Assembly: GCA_963789395.1 (NCBI GenBank)
Contig: CAWBKP010000014.1
Span: forward strand, 288,001-352,000
Source of the DNA: an uncultured delta proteobacterium
GTDB lineage: Bacteria > Desulfobacterota > Desulfobacteria > Desulfobacterales > Desulfatirhabdiaceae
Length of the DNA stretch: 64,000 nucleotides
Direction: 5' to 3'
A program made the translations under genes and the position numbers. Every line of letters starts with the position of its first letter. Position 1 is the stretch's first letter. Of the stretch, positions 17,738-28,424 are shown piece after piece. The notes under the pieces were generated by a model that was given only the letters and a program-made list of their open reading frames with translations, ran no database searches and was not told where the DNA came from.

Positions 17738-18571
17738 CTACAGGACGAGCATTAAAATTCTGAGCCCCACCAGGCCAAGCGCCAGGGAAAGACCGCGGAT
17801 GATCCATTCTCCCTTGATCCGCTCCGATAAACGTGCGCCCAACTGTGCGCCGATAACAACCCCGATCGCAAGTGAAACGGTCATGTGAACCCCTTGGTGG
17901 AACGTTCCTTTGGCGATGTGCACGATAGTTCCGGTCAGTGCCATGATCGCCAGGACAAAATGGGATGTCGCCGTAGCAATATGGACGGGAAACCCCAGGA
18001 AATAGGACAGTATCGGCACATGGATGATTCCGCCACCGATACCCAGAAAACTGGAAGCATACCCGACAAAAATACTCAACACCACCCCAGAATACGGGTT
18101 GAAGGTATATTCATAGACGATGCCATGCGAATCCACGATTCTGCGGGACATCTTGAAGCGCAAGTCGCAGGGCTCCTTGCAGGTTGCTTTTGGCAAACCG
18201 GATCGGAACATCAGGAAAATGGAAGCTGCGATCAGGAGCACACTGAAAATGATGTCAAAAAGTCGTCTGGGCACCAGGGAGGTGTTCAATGCACCGAGAA
18301 TGGCTCCCGGAATGGTGGCAAGCGCAAACAGAAAACCGGATTTATAGTCGATCCGCTTCATCAGGCCGTAAGCCTCGGAACCCGACACGGCATTAAAAAA
18401 TACCACGGCAAGCGAAATACTCGTCAACAGCTCAGGAGACCGATCCGGAAAGAGCAGGAGCAGAATCGGCATCAACACAAACCCGCCGCCGGCGCCGATC
18501 AATGTACCATAAGCGCCGACGCCAAAACCCATGGCTATCAATTCCAGATATTTTTCTAAGGGGAAGGTCAT
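17738..18571 (-). CDS. TauE/SafE (TSUP) family membrane transporter
   Basis: GTLIGAGGGFVLMP and SSFLGIGGGIIHVP repeated halves; multiple TM segments. Confidence 0.92.
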   Translation of the reverse strand: MTFPLEKYLELIAMGFGVGAYGTLIGAGGGFVLMPILLLLFPDRSPELLTSISLAVVFFNAVSGSEAYGLMKRIDYKSGFLFALATIPGAILGALNTSLVPRRLFDIIFSVLLIAASIFLMFRSGLPKATCKEPCDLRFKMSRRIVDSHGIVYEYTFNPYSGVVLSIFVGYASSFLGIGGGIIHVPILSYFLGFPVHIATATSHFVLAIMALTGTIVHIAKGTFHQGVHMTVSLAIGVVIGAQLGARLSERIKGEWIIRGLSLALGLVGLRILMLVL

Positions 18572-18586
18572 GTTGCAAAATTCCTT

Positions 18587-21181
18587 CTATCTGTAAAATA
18601 TTCCTTTCCAGCCGCCCGAGATCAGGCGGGCAACGGTCATCAGGATAAAAGGGGCGGACAAGCCTGCGGGCGCCGCCAGATAGCGCGGCTGCCATTCCGG
18701 TTCAAATTTGGCCTTATAGGCGTAAAGGCCCTCAAAATTATAAAATTCCTCGCCCAGGTCAAATATGGCGGTGCCGATTTTATGCCATAACGGCGCCAGC
18801 GGATGCCTTTCCAATCCGGCAAGCGGCGCCATTCCAAGCGAAAACCAGTGATAATTCTCCGCCTTGCCCCACAACATCAGTTCGACAAATAAAAACTCCA
18901 TAATGCCGCTCGGACTTTTTGGATCATACCGCATCAGGTCTATCGACAGCTCTTCCTTTATTGCGTTTTTCCAGAGATTGGCAAAGGCCCGGATGCGTCC
19001 GGTCGGATCGAATATGACGGCAACATCCGTGCGGCAAATATAATCATCATTAAAAAAACCCAGAGAGAACCCTTTTTCGCGCGCTTGCTTTTTCAACAGC
19101 CATTGATCAGAAACATCGCGCAGCACACCCAGATTGCTTTTCAGCTCATTTTCAGACAGGATCGCAAAATGGTAGCCTTTTTTCGTGAATTTATTGCGAG
19201 CCGTGCGTTGCGAATCGCGCTTTCCGCCCTGAAGGGAGAATTTGGGCAGATCAACCTTGGCCTCTTCGCCGATTTTTAACAGGGACAGCCCCAAATCGAT
19301 GTAGTTCGTCAGATATTTATCACTGACCTGATAGAACACGCATTTGGCGTTATACAGATCAACCTGCTCCCGAAAGCGCCAGAGCAGGCCGTCAACGGCT
19401 TTCGGGTCACCCACGGGGTCACCCATGACAATCCAATATTTCGGCGTCACGGCAAACATCAAAAATGCTTTCCTGTCGCTGCTCCAGCTCAGATACTTAT
19501 CCCCCAGCAGGGCCAGAAATCCGCGGGTATCCGATATATTGGCAATCAAAGCGGCTGCCTCGTCCAATTCCCCAGAATCGGGTTTTCTGAGCGCCCTGGG
19601 GTGCGCCACTGCCAACAAATAATACAGGGCATAGCCCGTGGTTAACACGGCCGACAACAGCAAGGCCCGCAGAAAACGGGGGGCGTCGTCCTGGTAGGAA
19701 AATTGCCACCATAAATGATTTGCGTACTGGACGTTTCGATAAGCAAAGAAGCCAAGCCAGGTCGAACCCGCCAGAACGACAACAATCATGGCGATCCAGG
19801 GGCGGGAAAACGGCATGGCGAACAGGGACGATTTTCGCCGGAAATAGCTTCTTGCCGGCAGCATCAGTATCAGCATCATGGATAACGCCAGGGATTCCTG
19901 CCAGGCAACACCCTTGAGCAGCGAGACAACAATACCCACCGCCAGCAGAAAGAGGCTGCCATACCATGCGGCGTCGATGCGAAGACGGATGCCTCTGGCC
20001 AGAAACAGCAGCAGCAACCCGGTCAGGCTGCCGAGAAGATGTGATATTTCAATAACGGGCAGGGGAATATAATGACGCAGCCAGTCCATTGCCGACTGTT
20101 TTGCCGGCAGGGCCCCGGAAACCAGAAGGATGCCACCGAAAAACAGCATCAAGATGGAATAGATCTGCGGGATCGTAATCGATAAGAGCCGTCTGAAAAC
20201 CCTGCTGCCTTCAACGAAGGCTTTGCGTCTGGCAAAGGCTTCATAGCTCAGCAGACCGCCGCCCGCAAGCATCAGGGGCAGAAAATAATAAATCGTACGG
20301 TACAAAAAGAGTGCACCGATCAGCGACGGATGATGGTGGTGCTGATGTTGTGTCGATTGAATCGCCGTCATCAGCCACAAAAAGGCGCTTTCAAATACGC
20401 CGATCCCGCCCGGAATCTGGCTGATGACACCCGTCACCTGCGCCAGAACAAAAACCAGTAAAAACACCGTAAAACTGATGTCACCGCGACCCGACAGAAA
20501 CACCCAGAGCACCAGCGAGGATAAAACGACATCGATCGCTGCGATCATCGTCTGTCCGAAAGTCATGGCGATGGATGGCAGGCGGAATTCCAGTCCTTTG
20601 ATAGTCAGTGGCTTTTTCCAGAAAAACACCGCGATCCAGTAGCCGCCCAGGGAAAGCGCACAGACGACTGTCAGCCAGTGGATCATCTGGGGGTTTTTAA
20701 GGGGATGAAGCAGAATTTTCGGCAGTAGCAGACCGCTGAACAATCCCAGCGTCAGGATACCCAGAAAATAAGTAACCGTCAGAAAAAGGGATATCTTCAA
20801 TACATCCCAGCCCGGTATCCCCCAGGCGGAATAAAAGCGATACCGGACCGAGCCGCCGGAAGCCCAGGCATGGCCGGTATTATTACTGATGGAATAACTG
20901 ATAAGCGATGCTGCCAGTACTTTCGATACCGGAATCTGGCTGTGTCCGGTATAACGCAGCGCCAATAGGTCATAACCGGCAAGGACAATATAATTGAACA
21001 CTGTCAGCGCGACCGCCAGCACCAGAATTCTTACGGGGACTGCTTTAACAGACTGGAAAATATGATCAATGTGGTGGGTTTTTAATTGATTATGAACAAT
21101 GAACAGCGCCAGTCCGAATAAAAACAGCGGGAGCAGATGAGCGGCTTTTTGAAAATAAAGCAAAACGGATTCACGTTTCAT
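18587..21181 (-). CDS. mprF: Bifunctional lysylphosphatidylglycerol flippase/synthetase
   Basis: GGSVRYRFY, PGGIGVFE, GDPVG, GEEA, DLMR, SLGMAPL, FYNFEGL..YKAKF motifs. Confidence 0.96.
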   Translation of the reverse strand: MKRESVLLYFQKAAHLLPLFLFGLALFIVHNQLKTHHIDHIFQSVKAVPVRILVLAVALTVFNYIVLAGYDLLALRYTGHSQIPVSKVLAASLISYSISNNTGHAWASGGSVRYRFYSAWGIPGWDVLKISLFLTVTYFLGILTLGLFSGLLLPKILLHPLKNPQMIHWLTVVCALSLGGYWIAVFFWKKPLTIKGLEFRLPSIAMTFGQTMIAAIDVVLSSLVLWVFLSGRGDISFTVFLLVFVLAQVTGVISQIPGGIGVFESAFLWLMTAIQSTQHQHHHHPSLIGALFLYRTIYYFLPLMLAGGGLLSYEAFARRKAFVEGSRVFRRLLSITIPQIYSILMLFFGGILLVSGALPAKQSAMDWLRHYIPLPVIEISHLLGSLTGLLLLFLARGIRLRIDAAWYGSLFLLAVGIVVSLLKGVAWQESLALSMMLILMLPARSYFRRKSSLFAMPFSRPWIAMIVVVLAGSTWLGFFAYRNVQYANHLWWQFSYQDDAPRFLRALLLSAVLTTGYALYYLLAVAHPRALRKPDSGELDEAAALIANISDTRGFLALLGDKYLSWSSDRKAFLMFAVTPKYWIVMGDPVGDPKAVDGLLWRFREQVDLYNAKCVFYQVSDKYLTNYIDLGLSLLKIGEEAKVDLPKFSLQGGKRDSQRTARNKFTKKGYHFAILSENELKSNLGVLRDVSDQWLLKKQAREKGFSLGFFNDDYICRTDVAVIFDPTGRIRAFANLWKNAIKEELSIDLMRYDPKSPSGIMEFLFVELMLWGKAENYHWFSLGMAPLAGLERHPLAPLWHKIGTAIFDLGEEFYNFEGLYAYKAKFEPEWQPRYLAAPAGLSAPFILMTVARLISGGWKGIFYR

Positions 21182-21297
21182 AAGGGTATTCCGCAAAAAA
21201 ATGATCGTATCCCAAAGAACCGGCGCCACGCCCGCTTTTTACAAAGCCGTCAAGTTTGAATGGAAGTAAATCCATGTGAAACCATTGATACATCGTT

Positions 21298-22677
21298 TCA
21301 TTTCAATCCGATCCGGCGATATGCTTCAATGATTCGCTTTGCCAGCTTCGGATAATCCTGGTCAAAATGGTGGCCGCCCGGCAGCTCCATCCGTGTGGCG
21401 CCCGGTATGGACATGTCCGCACAGACGGAATCCACCTGTTCTTCCTGCCCGATAATACAGAGTATTTTGTTCCCCGGAATGCGACTCAGATCCGGCAATA
21501 TGGGATTTTCGCCGCTGGATTTTCCCATCCAACCGGAAACATGTATCTCGAAATCAGCGGTTTTGCCCATCGCCAACAGGACAAGCAGGGCAACATTTTC
21601 CCGATCGGGCTCTGACAGGCGGTTATAAACCGCGGGCAGGATATCGGCGCCAAAAGAATATCCGGCCAGCACGAAAGATTTTGCCCCCCAGGCTTTCCGG
21701 TAATACGTCATCGTATCCGCCAGATCGCTTGCCGCTTCTTCCGGCGTCTTGCTGCTCCAGAAATAGCGCAGTGTATCCACACCAACGACGGGGTAGCCCA
21801 GATCAGCCAGTTGTCCGGCGACATCCCGATCCAGATCCCGCCAGCCGCCATCTCCGGAATAAAACAGGGTGACCGTCTCTTTCGGATTATTTGCGGGAAC
21901 TTCCACAACGGGCAGGCGATCGGCATGAGCCCGGTTCCCTTCCGCAATCATTTTCCGGATCTCCGTGACGGCGATGGTATCAAGCGGCGTATCATATGGC
22001 GCGATCGCGGTTTTTGCACCCGACAATCCGCGAATGAACACCGCAGTGGCGTCTTCGGGCTGATCGGTCCACACCGCCAGCCAGTTTCCATTTAACGCAG
22101 GGGATGATGCCAGCACGCGATGTCCGTTTGTCTGCACAGCAGTCACAGGGGGACACGGTACCGATCCATCCGGCAATTGGACGGAAAAGCCCACTGACAG
22201 GTTTCTCGAAGCGCCGCCTGATTTCGTCCCGGCGGAAAGAAACGGCAGGAGGCCGCCGCTGCCGATACCGGCCAGGATGGAACGCTTGTCTGTTGATGCG
22301 TTTGCCCAATTCGACAATATTCCCACTGGCTCCATAACACGATCCGCTTTCAGGCAGTGGTTCTCGCCGCCGGCAAGCGCCCGCAAGGCACGGGCCGTAT
22401 CGACGATCGCAACAGCGGCTCCGGCTTTGGCGATACGGTGCGCCAAATCGCCGGCAGGAAAGCTCCCGGTGTCGAGAAAAACCACCACCAAATCCTGATA
22501 CGCAATGAATGGACGGGCGACCGCAATTTTGCCATAGACATCGTCTGACAGGACATCCTGTAAAATCGGGAATTTTTTTTGGGCGGCAAACCAGACCGTG
22601 CCGACTGCCATGGCCATCACGGAAAAGATAAGCAACAGGCGGCCATTTAAATTGAGCATGAAGCGCATGACTTCCAC
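21298..22677 (-). CDS. AcvB/VirJ-family lysyl-phosphatidylglycerol hydrolase
   Basis: YSGDGGWRDLD, LRYFW, GYSFGAD, LPGGHHFD; adjacent to mprF. Confidence 0.92.
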   Translation of the reverse strand: MEVMRFMLNLNGRLLLIFSVMAMAVGTVWFAAQKKFPILQDVLSDDVYGKIAVARPFIAYQDLVVVFLDTGSFPAGDLAHRIAKAGAAVAIVDTARALRALAGGENHCLKADRVMEPVGILSNWANASTDKRSILAGIGSGGLLPFLSAGTKSGGASRNLSVGFSVQLPDGSVPCPPVTAVQTNGHRVLASSPALNGNWLAVWTDQPEDATAVFIRGLSGAKTAIAPYDTPLDTIAVTEIRKMIAEGNRAHADRLPVVEVPANNPKETVTLFYSGDGGWRDLDRDVAGQLADLGYPVVGVDTLRYFWSSKTPEEAASDLADTMTYYRKAWGAKSFVLAGYSFGADILPAVYNRLSEPDRENVALLVLLAMGKTADFEIHVSGWMGKSSGENPILPDLSRIPGNKILCIIGQEEQVDSVCADMSIPGATRMELPGGHHFDQDYPKLAKRIIEAYRRIGLK

Positions 22678-22686
22678 GCCGAGCTT

Positions 22687-23112
22687 TCAGAAAAAAAGGA
22701 AACCCGATGTATTATGAATCAGGAAGATGACTAGAAATATTCCCACAGCAAGGATGGACAGGGTCAGCATAATATCCAGTATCAATGAGGAATGATACGT
22801 ATCTTCATCGATTTGTTTCTCAACCCGTTTGTATCGGACAAAAGCAAGCACCCCCATCAAGGCGCCCAGGCCCACCAGCACAATCCCTAAAAATGACGAA
22901 TACCCATGGGGCGGTTGAACGACATGCGCCTGCGGAAACCCGTTTGAAGCCAGTAAGGCTGCAATCTGCTTGATGAAAATGGCAAATTTGACAACGACAA
23001 ATCCAAACGCCATGATCCCGATACTTGTTCGGATCCAGGCCAGAAACGTCCGTTCATTGGCCATGTGAACACGGCGGTTACGGAATCTTGGCGTGACTAC
23101 TGGCTCTTCCAC
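22687..23112 (-). CDS. YidH/DUF202 family membrane protein
   Basis: HMANERTFLAWIRT signature; three TM segments. Confidence 0.9.
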   Translation of the reverse strand: MEEPVVTPRFRNRRVHMANERTFLAWIRTSIGIMAFGFVVVKFAIFIKQIAALLASNGFPQAHVVQPPHGYSSFLGIVLVGLGALMGVLAFVRYKRVEKQIDEDTYHSSLILDIMLTLSILAVGIFLVIFLIHNTSGFLFF

Positions 23113-23392
23113 TGATGCTGCCCGTTCTGATGATGATACGGTTTGCGTAAATATTAATCCTCATATCGGCCCCTTCGGGAAAAAGGTGCGGATGCGGCCA
23201 TTGCCTTGCGATGACATACTTTTATGCATAACTGCTGTATATCAGTTTTTCAGCGTCCCGCGCAATAGCCTTTAATTTATTAGAATGAACGACAGCTGCC
23301 CGTCAACCGTTTGCTGTTTCGAAAAGATATTCTTGAAGAAACCAAATATTCAGACTACAATACCCTCGACACTTCACATAAGGAGACAGGTT

Positions 23393-23557
23393 ATGGTTGG
23401 AGAACTTTTTTCACCGATGCATTTATTGGTCATACTCGTCATTGCCCTGATCGTTTTCGGGCCGGGTAAACTTCCTGAACTCGGCAGTTCCCTGGGCAAA
23501 GCCATCAAAGAATTCAAGAAAGTCATGAATGATCCGGAGAAAAGCTTAAAAGAATAA
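23393..23557 (+). CDS. tatA: Twin-arginine translocase TatA/E subunit
   Basis: [33 protein letters not shown]. Confidence 0.93.
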   Translation: MVGELFSPMHLLVILVIALIVFGPGKLPELGSSLGKAIKEFKKVMNDPEKSLKE

Positions 23558-23579
23558 GTCACCTGCCCGCTGCGTCCCC

Positions 23580-24425
23580 TTAATTGGCTGTATCCCGGAA
23601 AACCAGTACGGGACGCGTTGTCAGGCGGGCGATATTGAGGGCTTCGTCGCTGATCAGGCTGAGGTATTTGGGTTTCTTATGACCGTAAGCGCCCAAAACG
23701 ACCAGATCATATCTGCCGGTCGCCACTTCCTTCAAGATTTCATCCGTAAAATCGCCTTTTGTCATTTTTGTATCCGGGGAATGTTCAAATTCCTTGAGTT
23801 TCCGTTCGGCATTGAACAGGCAGGTCTGGGCGCCTGACTCGTCCTCACCCCTTTCCGACTCCTGCACATGCAAAATGGTAATTTCCGGTTTTCGTTTCTG
23901 CGTCATCAACCCGATAAACCCCAGGGCATCCTGATCACATGCCGAGCCCCGGTAAGCGATTAGAATGCGATGGATTGGCCGGAAATTCCGGACGATCAGC
24001 ACCGGCTGACGGGCATGATGCAGAATTTTGGCATGTACGGCCCCCAGTATGAACCCCTTGAGGAAGGAATGCCCCTGGGCTCCCAGTACGATCATGTCAT
24101 ACTTCTGGGAGTCTGCCATATGCAGGATTTCATCCGCCGGATCACCGGAGAGAATTTTAGGCCAGCAGGGGACTTTTCCGCTTTCACATACTTCACAGGA
24201 ACTGAGCACCTCTTCGGCAACGGCGTCGGCTTCTTTTTCGATCCACGCCGATATCTGTTCCTGACCGGCAAATGGTGCGTACAGGGTTTCAGCGCCGATG
24301 TCCGATTCATCGGGTTTGACATAAACGGCATCGACCTGGGCATCAAAATGCTCCAGCAAATGGCAGGCGTATTTCAGCGCCTTCTGGGATTCTTCGCTTT
24401 TATCAACAGCTACCAGTACTTTCAT
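23580..24425 (-). CDS. Tandem universal stress protein
   Basis: MKVLVAVD, GDPADEIL, DMIVLGAQG, second USP repeat ending RPVLVFR. Confidence 0.9.
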   Translation of the reverse strand: MKVLVAVDKSEESQKALKYACHLLEHFDAQVDAVYVKPDESDIGAETLYAPFAGQEQISAWIEKEADAVAEEVLSSCEVCESGKVPCWPKILSGDPADEILHMADSQKYDMIVLGAQGHSFLKGFILGAVHAKILHHARQPVLIVRNFRPIHRILIAYRGSACDQDALGFIGLMTQKRKPEITILHVQESERGEDESGAQTCLFNAERKLKEFEHSPDTKMTKGDFTDEILKEVATGRYDLVVLGAYGHKKPKYLSLISDEALNIARLTTRPVLVFRDTAN

Positions 24426-24452
24426 ATTTATCACCTCTTTTTTTCCGTAAAA

Positions 24453-25331
24453 TTATCTCAACACCAGGACCGACGTCTGGCAGACGCCGACGAATCTCTC
24501 CACCCAGTCTCTGGGAAAAAGCCTGTTCAACAACGATTTTTTCCCCATCCAGAATGCCAGAAGATCCTGACCCGTGTTGGTTGAAATAACGGATTCAAAC
24601 GTGGACTGTTCCGCCAGCCGGGCATTTACCGGGATCCCCTTGTCGCTGAAATAATCCCCGATTTGAATGAGACGGGTATAGGCTTCGGATTTTGCACCGC
24701 CGTCCTGGGTCATGCCGACAAGTTCCAGTTGCGCGTCATGAATGGAAACCAGCTGGTTGATCATCTCAAGGGATTCCTGACTGACGGATATCTGATCGAT
24801 ACAGGCAAGAATACGCTGGATCGGTTTATCCTCTTTTGCCAGAAGCACGGAACACGCGGCATTGCCGGCAACTTTCCGGGGCGTGGCCGCCGATTCTTTC
24901 CATTCACACTGCCCGCCTTTGCTGCAGCCCAGAACAATCAGGCCGCTGCCGTCTTTATCCGCTTCATTCAGTATTTCGGTGTCGGCGTTTCCCGCCCGGA
25001 TGCGGGTCTTGACGTCTTTTTTAGCCCCTCTGCAAACCTTGATATCTTCCCAGCTGCCGTTTCGAAGCGGAATCCATTCATGGTCCCATCGATCCTGGGC
25101 ATACGGGGAATCGGAACCTCCCAAGGCATTCAGGAATTCCTCCCGGTAGCGGCGCAATGCCAGAACCTGGGGATCCTGAGACGGCAACATCGAGTCCCCC
25201 TGCAACGCGCTCTGAGAAGGCAAAACTGACAGCAGCGTTACATCCGCCCAGGTATGCCGGGCCAGTTCAATGACTTTTTTCAGTGCGTGTGCGCTGTAAG
25301 GGTGTTCATCTGCGGCAAACAAAATTCTCAT
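24453..25331 (-). CDS. Tandem universal stress protein-like
   Basis: MRILFAAD, GNADTEIL, LIVLG, CSVLL, ends SVLVLR. Confidence 0.82.
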   Translation of the reverse strand: MRILFAADEHPYSAHALKKVIELARHTWADVTLLSVLPSQSALQGDSMLPSQDPQVLALRRYREEFLNALGGSDSPYAQDRWDHEWIPLRNGSWEDIKVCRGAKKDVKTRIRAGNADTEILNEADKDGSGLIVLGCSKGGQCEWKESAATPRKVAGNAACSVLLAKEDKPIQRILACIDQISVSQESLEMINQLVSIHDAQLELVGMTQDGGAKSEAYTRLIQIGDYFSDKGIPVNARLAEQSTFESVISTNTGQDLLAFWMGKKSLLNRLFPRDWVERFVGVCQTSVLVLR

Positions 25332-25357
25332 GATAGTCTCCTTTTTGAACGCAGCTT

Positions 25358-25744
25358 TCAGGATGGCTGGTGTTTGGCTTCGGCCTTTTTCACCACTTCC
25401 AGGATTTCCCCCAGTTTAAAAGGCTTTGCCACAAAATCAAACACGCCTTTCTGATAGGATTCCCTTGCCGTTTCCATCGTGGCAAATCCGGTAATCACGA
25501 TGACTTCCGTGGCGGGATGCCGTTTCTTGACCTCTGTCAGAAACGCCATGCCATCCACGCCATCCATTTTAAGGTCCGTAATTGCAATATCGAATTGCTT
25601 TTCCGTCAGCCGGTGCATGGCATCCCGGCTTTTGGTAAATGCCTCGACGTCATAGCCTGCTTTTTCAAGCGATGGTTTAAGCCGCTTGCAGACGATGGGT
25701 TCATCATCCAGAAGTAATACGGTTGTTTTCTGATCCGATGTCAT
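25358..25744 (-). CDS. Single-domain response regulator
   Basis: LLDDE, ITDLKM (phospho-Asp), ITG, KPF; no output domain. Confidence 0.95.
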   Translation of the reverse strand: MTSDQKTTVLLLDDEPIVCKRLKPSLEKAGYDVEAFTKSRDAMHRLTEKQFDIAITDLKMDGVDGMAFLTEVKKRHPATEVIVITGFATMETARESYQKGVFDFVAKPFKLGEILEVVKKAEAKHQPS

Positions 25745-28320
25745 AGGTTTCGCTCCTTTGTAAAAAATCGGTTACGTGTTGCGTGATATTCTCATCACTG
25801 TGCATCTGGACATCCAGCTGCCGGGTGTAAGCCACCAGACACCCGAGCATTTTCACTTTTTCATACATGGCGGCTGCATCCAGTTTTTTGATGCGGCCAA
25901 CGACCAGATCCCCCCGGATTTCTACCCGGAAATTGAATCGTTCCAGCACTTCGCCGATAAAGCTTGCGCGTCTGGATCTGCGAATAACATCCGTGACGCC
26001 GCCGAGAAATCGGAAATATGCGTAATTATCATTTTGTTTTTCTGCGATATAAGCGTCGATAATGTTAAAATGATACCCCAGCCGCAGATTGAGATCCAGA
26101 TATTCGGCCGAGACCACCGCCAGATTCCGCCCTGTGAAACGGAGCGTGGAATCCGAGTAGGTTCGGGTCAGGCTGGACATGAAGCTGCCGAAATCCACGG
26201 ACATGGGCTCGGTACTCCACATTCCGGGCGCCATGAGCCCTTCGAGAAACGCCTTCATGGGAACCGAGGTGATATCTTCCGGGCTGACGTCTTTTGCCGA
26301 TACGGTTCGGGAATGAACGCCGCCGCCGATATCAATGACAATCAGCCCCAGGGGGATATTGAATTTCAGCCGCCTGGAAGCGGCATCGCCATGGCCGGTT
26401 CGGTTGTCCCCCAGATGCATCAGTTCTTTGACCGCCTTTTCATGAATAAACCGGATAATATCATGCACGGTTTTACACCCTGACGGCGTGAAATTTTTAT
26501 CATAGGGATCCAGCAGATTCAGCGGACTGATCTTTCGCAGTATCCGGCGAAGCAGCCGGTATTCATAGGATTCCTCAAACACATCTTCGGCGGTGATGTC
26601 GTCGTAACACAGGTCCTTGGCATATCCGGCGTAAACCATATTCTGGGAAGCATCCAGGGTGATCTCATCGCCGGTTTTAAGTATTTGCGTGGCGATGCCG
26701 GTATTCACAATGGTCGGAACCCGGAACTCTCGGGCAATGGTTGCCATGTGCCCCATCGGCGATCCGACGTCTGTCAGAATCCCGTGAACTTTGCGGATCA
26801 CCCTTGCCAGGCGCGGAGAGGTATGCTTGGCCACCAGAATCGCACCATAAGGAACTGTAGAATATCCGTTTGATTTTCCACGATAAACACTGTACCTGCC
26901 GCCACACCGCGCTGAACGACAATTCCCTGGTTATTTAACAGCACGGGGTGATCGACTGTCGATATCTCAACACTATCTTTCGAACATTCGGTCTGCAGTT
27001 GAATGTTCAGCGGCCGGGCCTGAAGAATCAACAGCCTGTCTTCCGAATCAATGGCCCATTCAATATCCTGTGGTCTTTTGAAATAGCGCTCGATCAGCAG
27101 CGCGGTCTGTGCCAGTTTCTGGGCCAGTTCCGGCGTCAGACACGCCTTTTGCTGGAGTTCTTCCGGAACCGCTGTCAGCTCTGTTCCGCTTTGCTTTGCG
27201 GCAACCATCATGGTGGACTTGTGAACCACGTTAAATCCGCAAAGCGTATGCGGCGGCGTGCGGGTGATCCGGTAATGATCCGTGGCCACTTTGCCTTCAA
27301 CCACCGGTGCTCCCAGCCCCCAGGCCGCCGTGGCCAGAAGAACGTCTTTTTCAGCGGAAAGCGTGTCCATCGTATAAATGACACCGCTGGCTTTGGCTTT
27401 CACCATCACCTGACAGCCTACCGACATCGCCATCTCGTGAATATGAAAACCTTTTTGATAGCGGTAGGACAGCACACCGGGAGAATAGGCGCTGGCCAGC
27501 ACTTTTCGATAACTGTTCAGCAACTGATCCGCAGGGACATTCAAAACGGACTTGTACTGGCCTGCAAAGCTGTGAATGCTGTCCTCTCCCCAGGCGCTGC
27601 TTCTGACGGCAAAGAACAGGGTTTCTTTGCGGTTCTTCTCCTGAAGCTTATCGATGGCAGTCTGGATCTGCTGCGAGACTTCCAGGGGAATTCCGCCGGA
27701 CAGGAACTGATTCTGAATCTCTCCGGCGATTTCTTCAGTGGCGGTATCGTCCTCTGGATCCCAATACGCCATGGCCTGCTGGAGATACGTCATCCAGTCC
27801 GTTTTTTTCCATGAATGCCCGAAACGCGCTGGTGGTAATGGCAAATCCGTCCGGCGTCAACAGTTCCAGAACGTTTCGAATATCCGCCAGATTCGCATTT
27901 TTATTGCCCACCAGCTCATACATATCCTGGCTCAAGTCGGCGTAGGGCATGGCGGCATCGCCCCGGGGAAGCACCCATTTTCCCGAGAGCTCCTGCTGAA
28001 TCGTTTCATGGATCTCTTCAAACACATCGAAAAGCCGGACATACTTTCCGGGCGCAAGGGTATTGAGGTCAAATATCAGCCGGTATATTTGATTTTTCAG
28101 CTGATCATACGTCGACAGGATATATTGCTGGTCAAAAACATATTCCCCGCTGAGCTTGTCTCCCATGTCCGCAATCAGTTCGAGCGACGACATTGTTTGC
28201 CGCCAGAATATTTTGAAATTTCTTAAACAGCTTGGCAAAAGAATATTCTGTTTCCAGGCTGCGGTATTGCTTCAGATAACTTTTCAAGCCCCGGATAAAG
28301 CGAAGTATCTCATCTATCAT
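25704..28320 (-). CDS. PEP synthase/pyruvate,water dikinase-like protein (about 871 aa reconstructed across three frameshifts)
   Basis: GNKNANL, TPDGFAIT, AVRSSAWGED, SFAGQ, QDIEWA, LQARPL ATP-grasp motifs; His swivel GSPMGHMATIARE; frameshifts near 28185, 27788 and 26852 with no in-frame stops. Confidence 0.85.
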
Positions 28321-28424
28321 ATTCTTTATCCTTTATGGCTTTAATGGAAAGATCCCGGCCAAACGCTCTTGAATCGTTTCAGGGATTGCTCCCTGGAATA
28401 AAAAATCTCTTTAACGTTACATCT

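Noticed and set aside
25704..28320. Programmed ribosomal frameshifting in the dikinase gene
   Set aside because: Three shifts of mixed sign would be needed, with no convincing slippery site plus stimulator at the junctions
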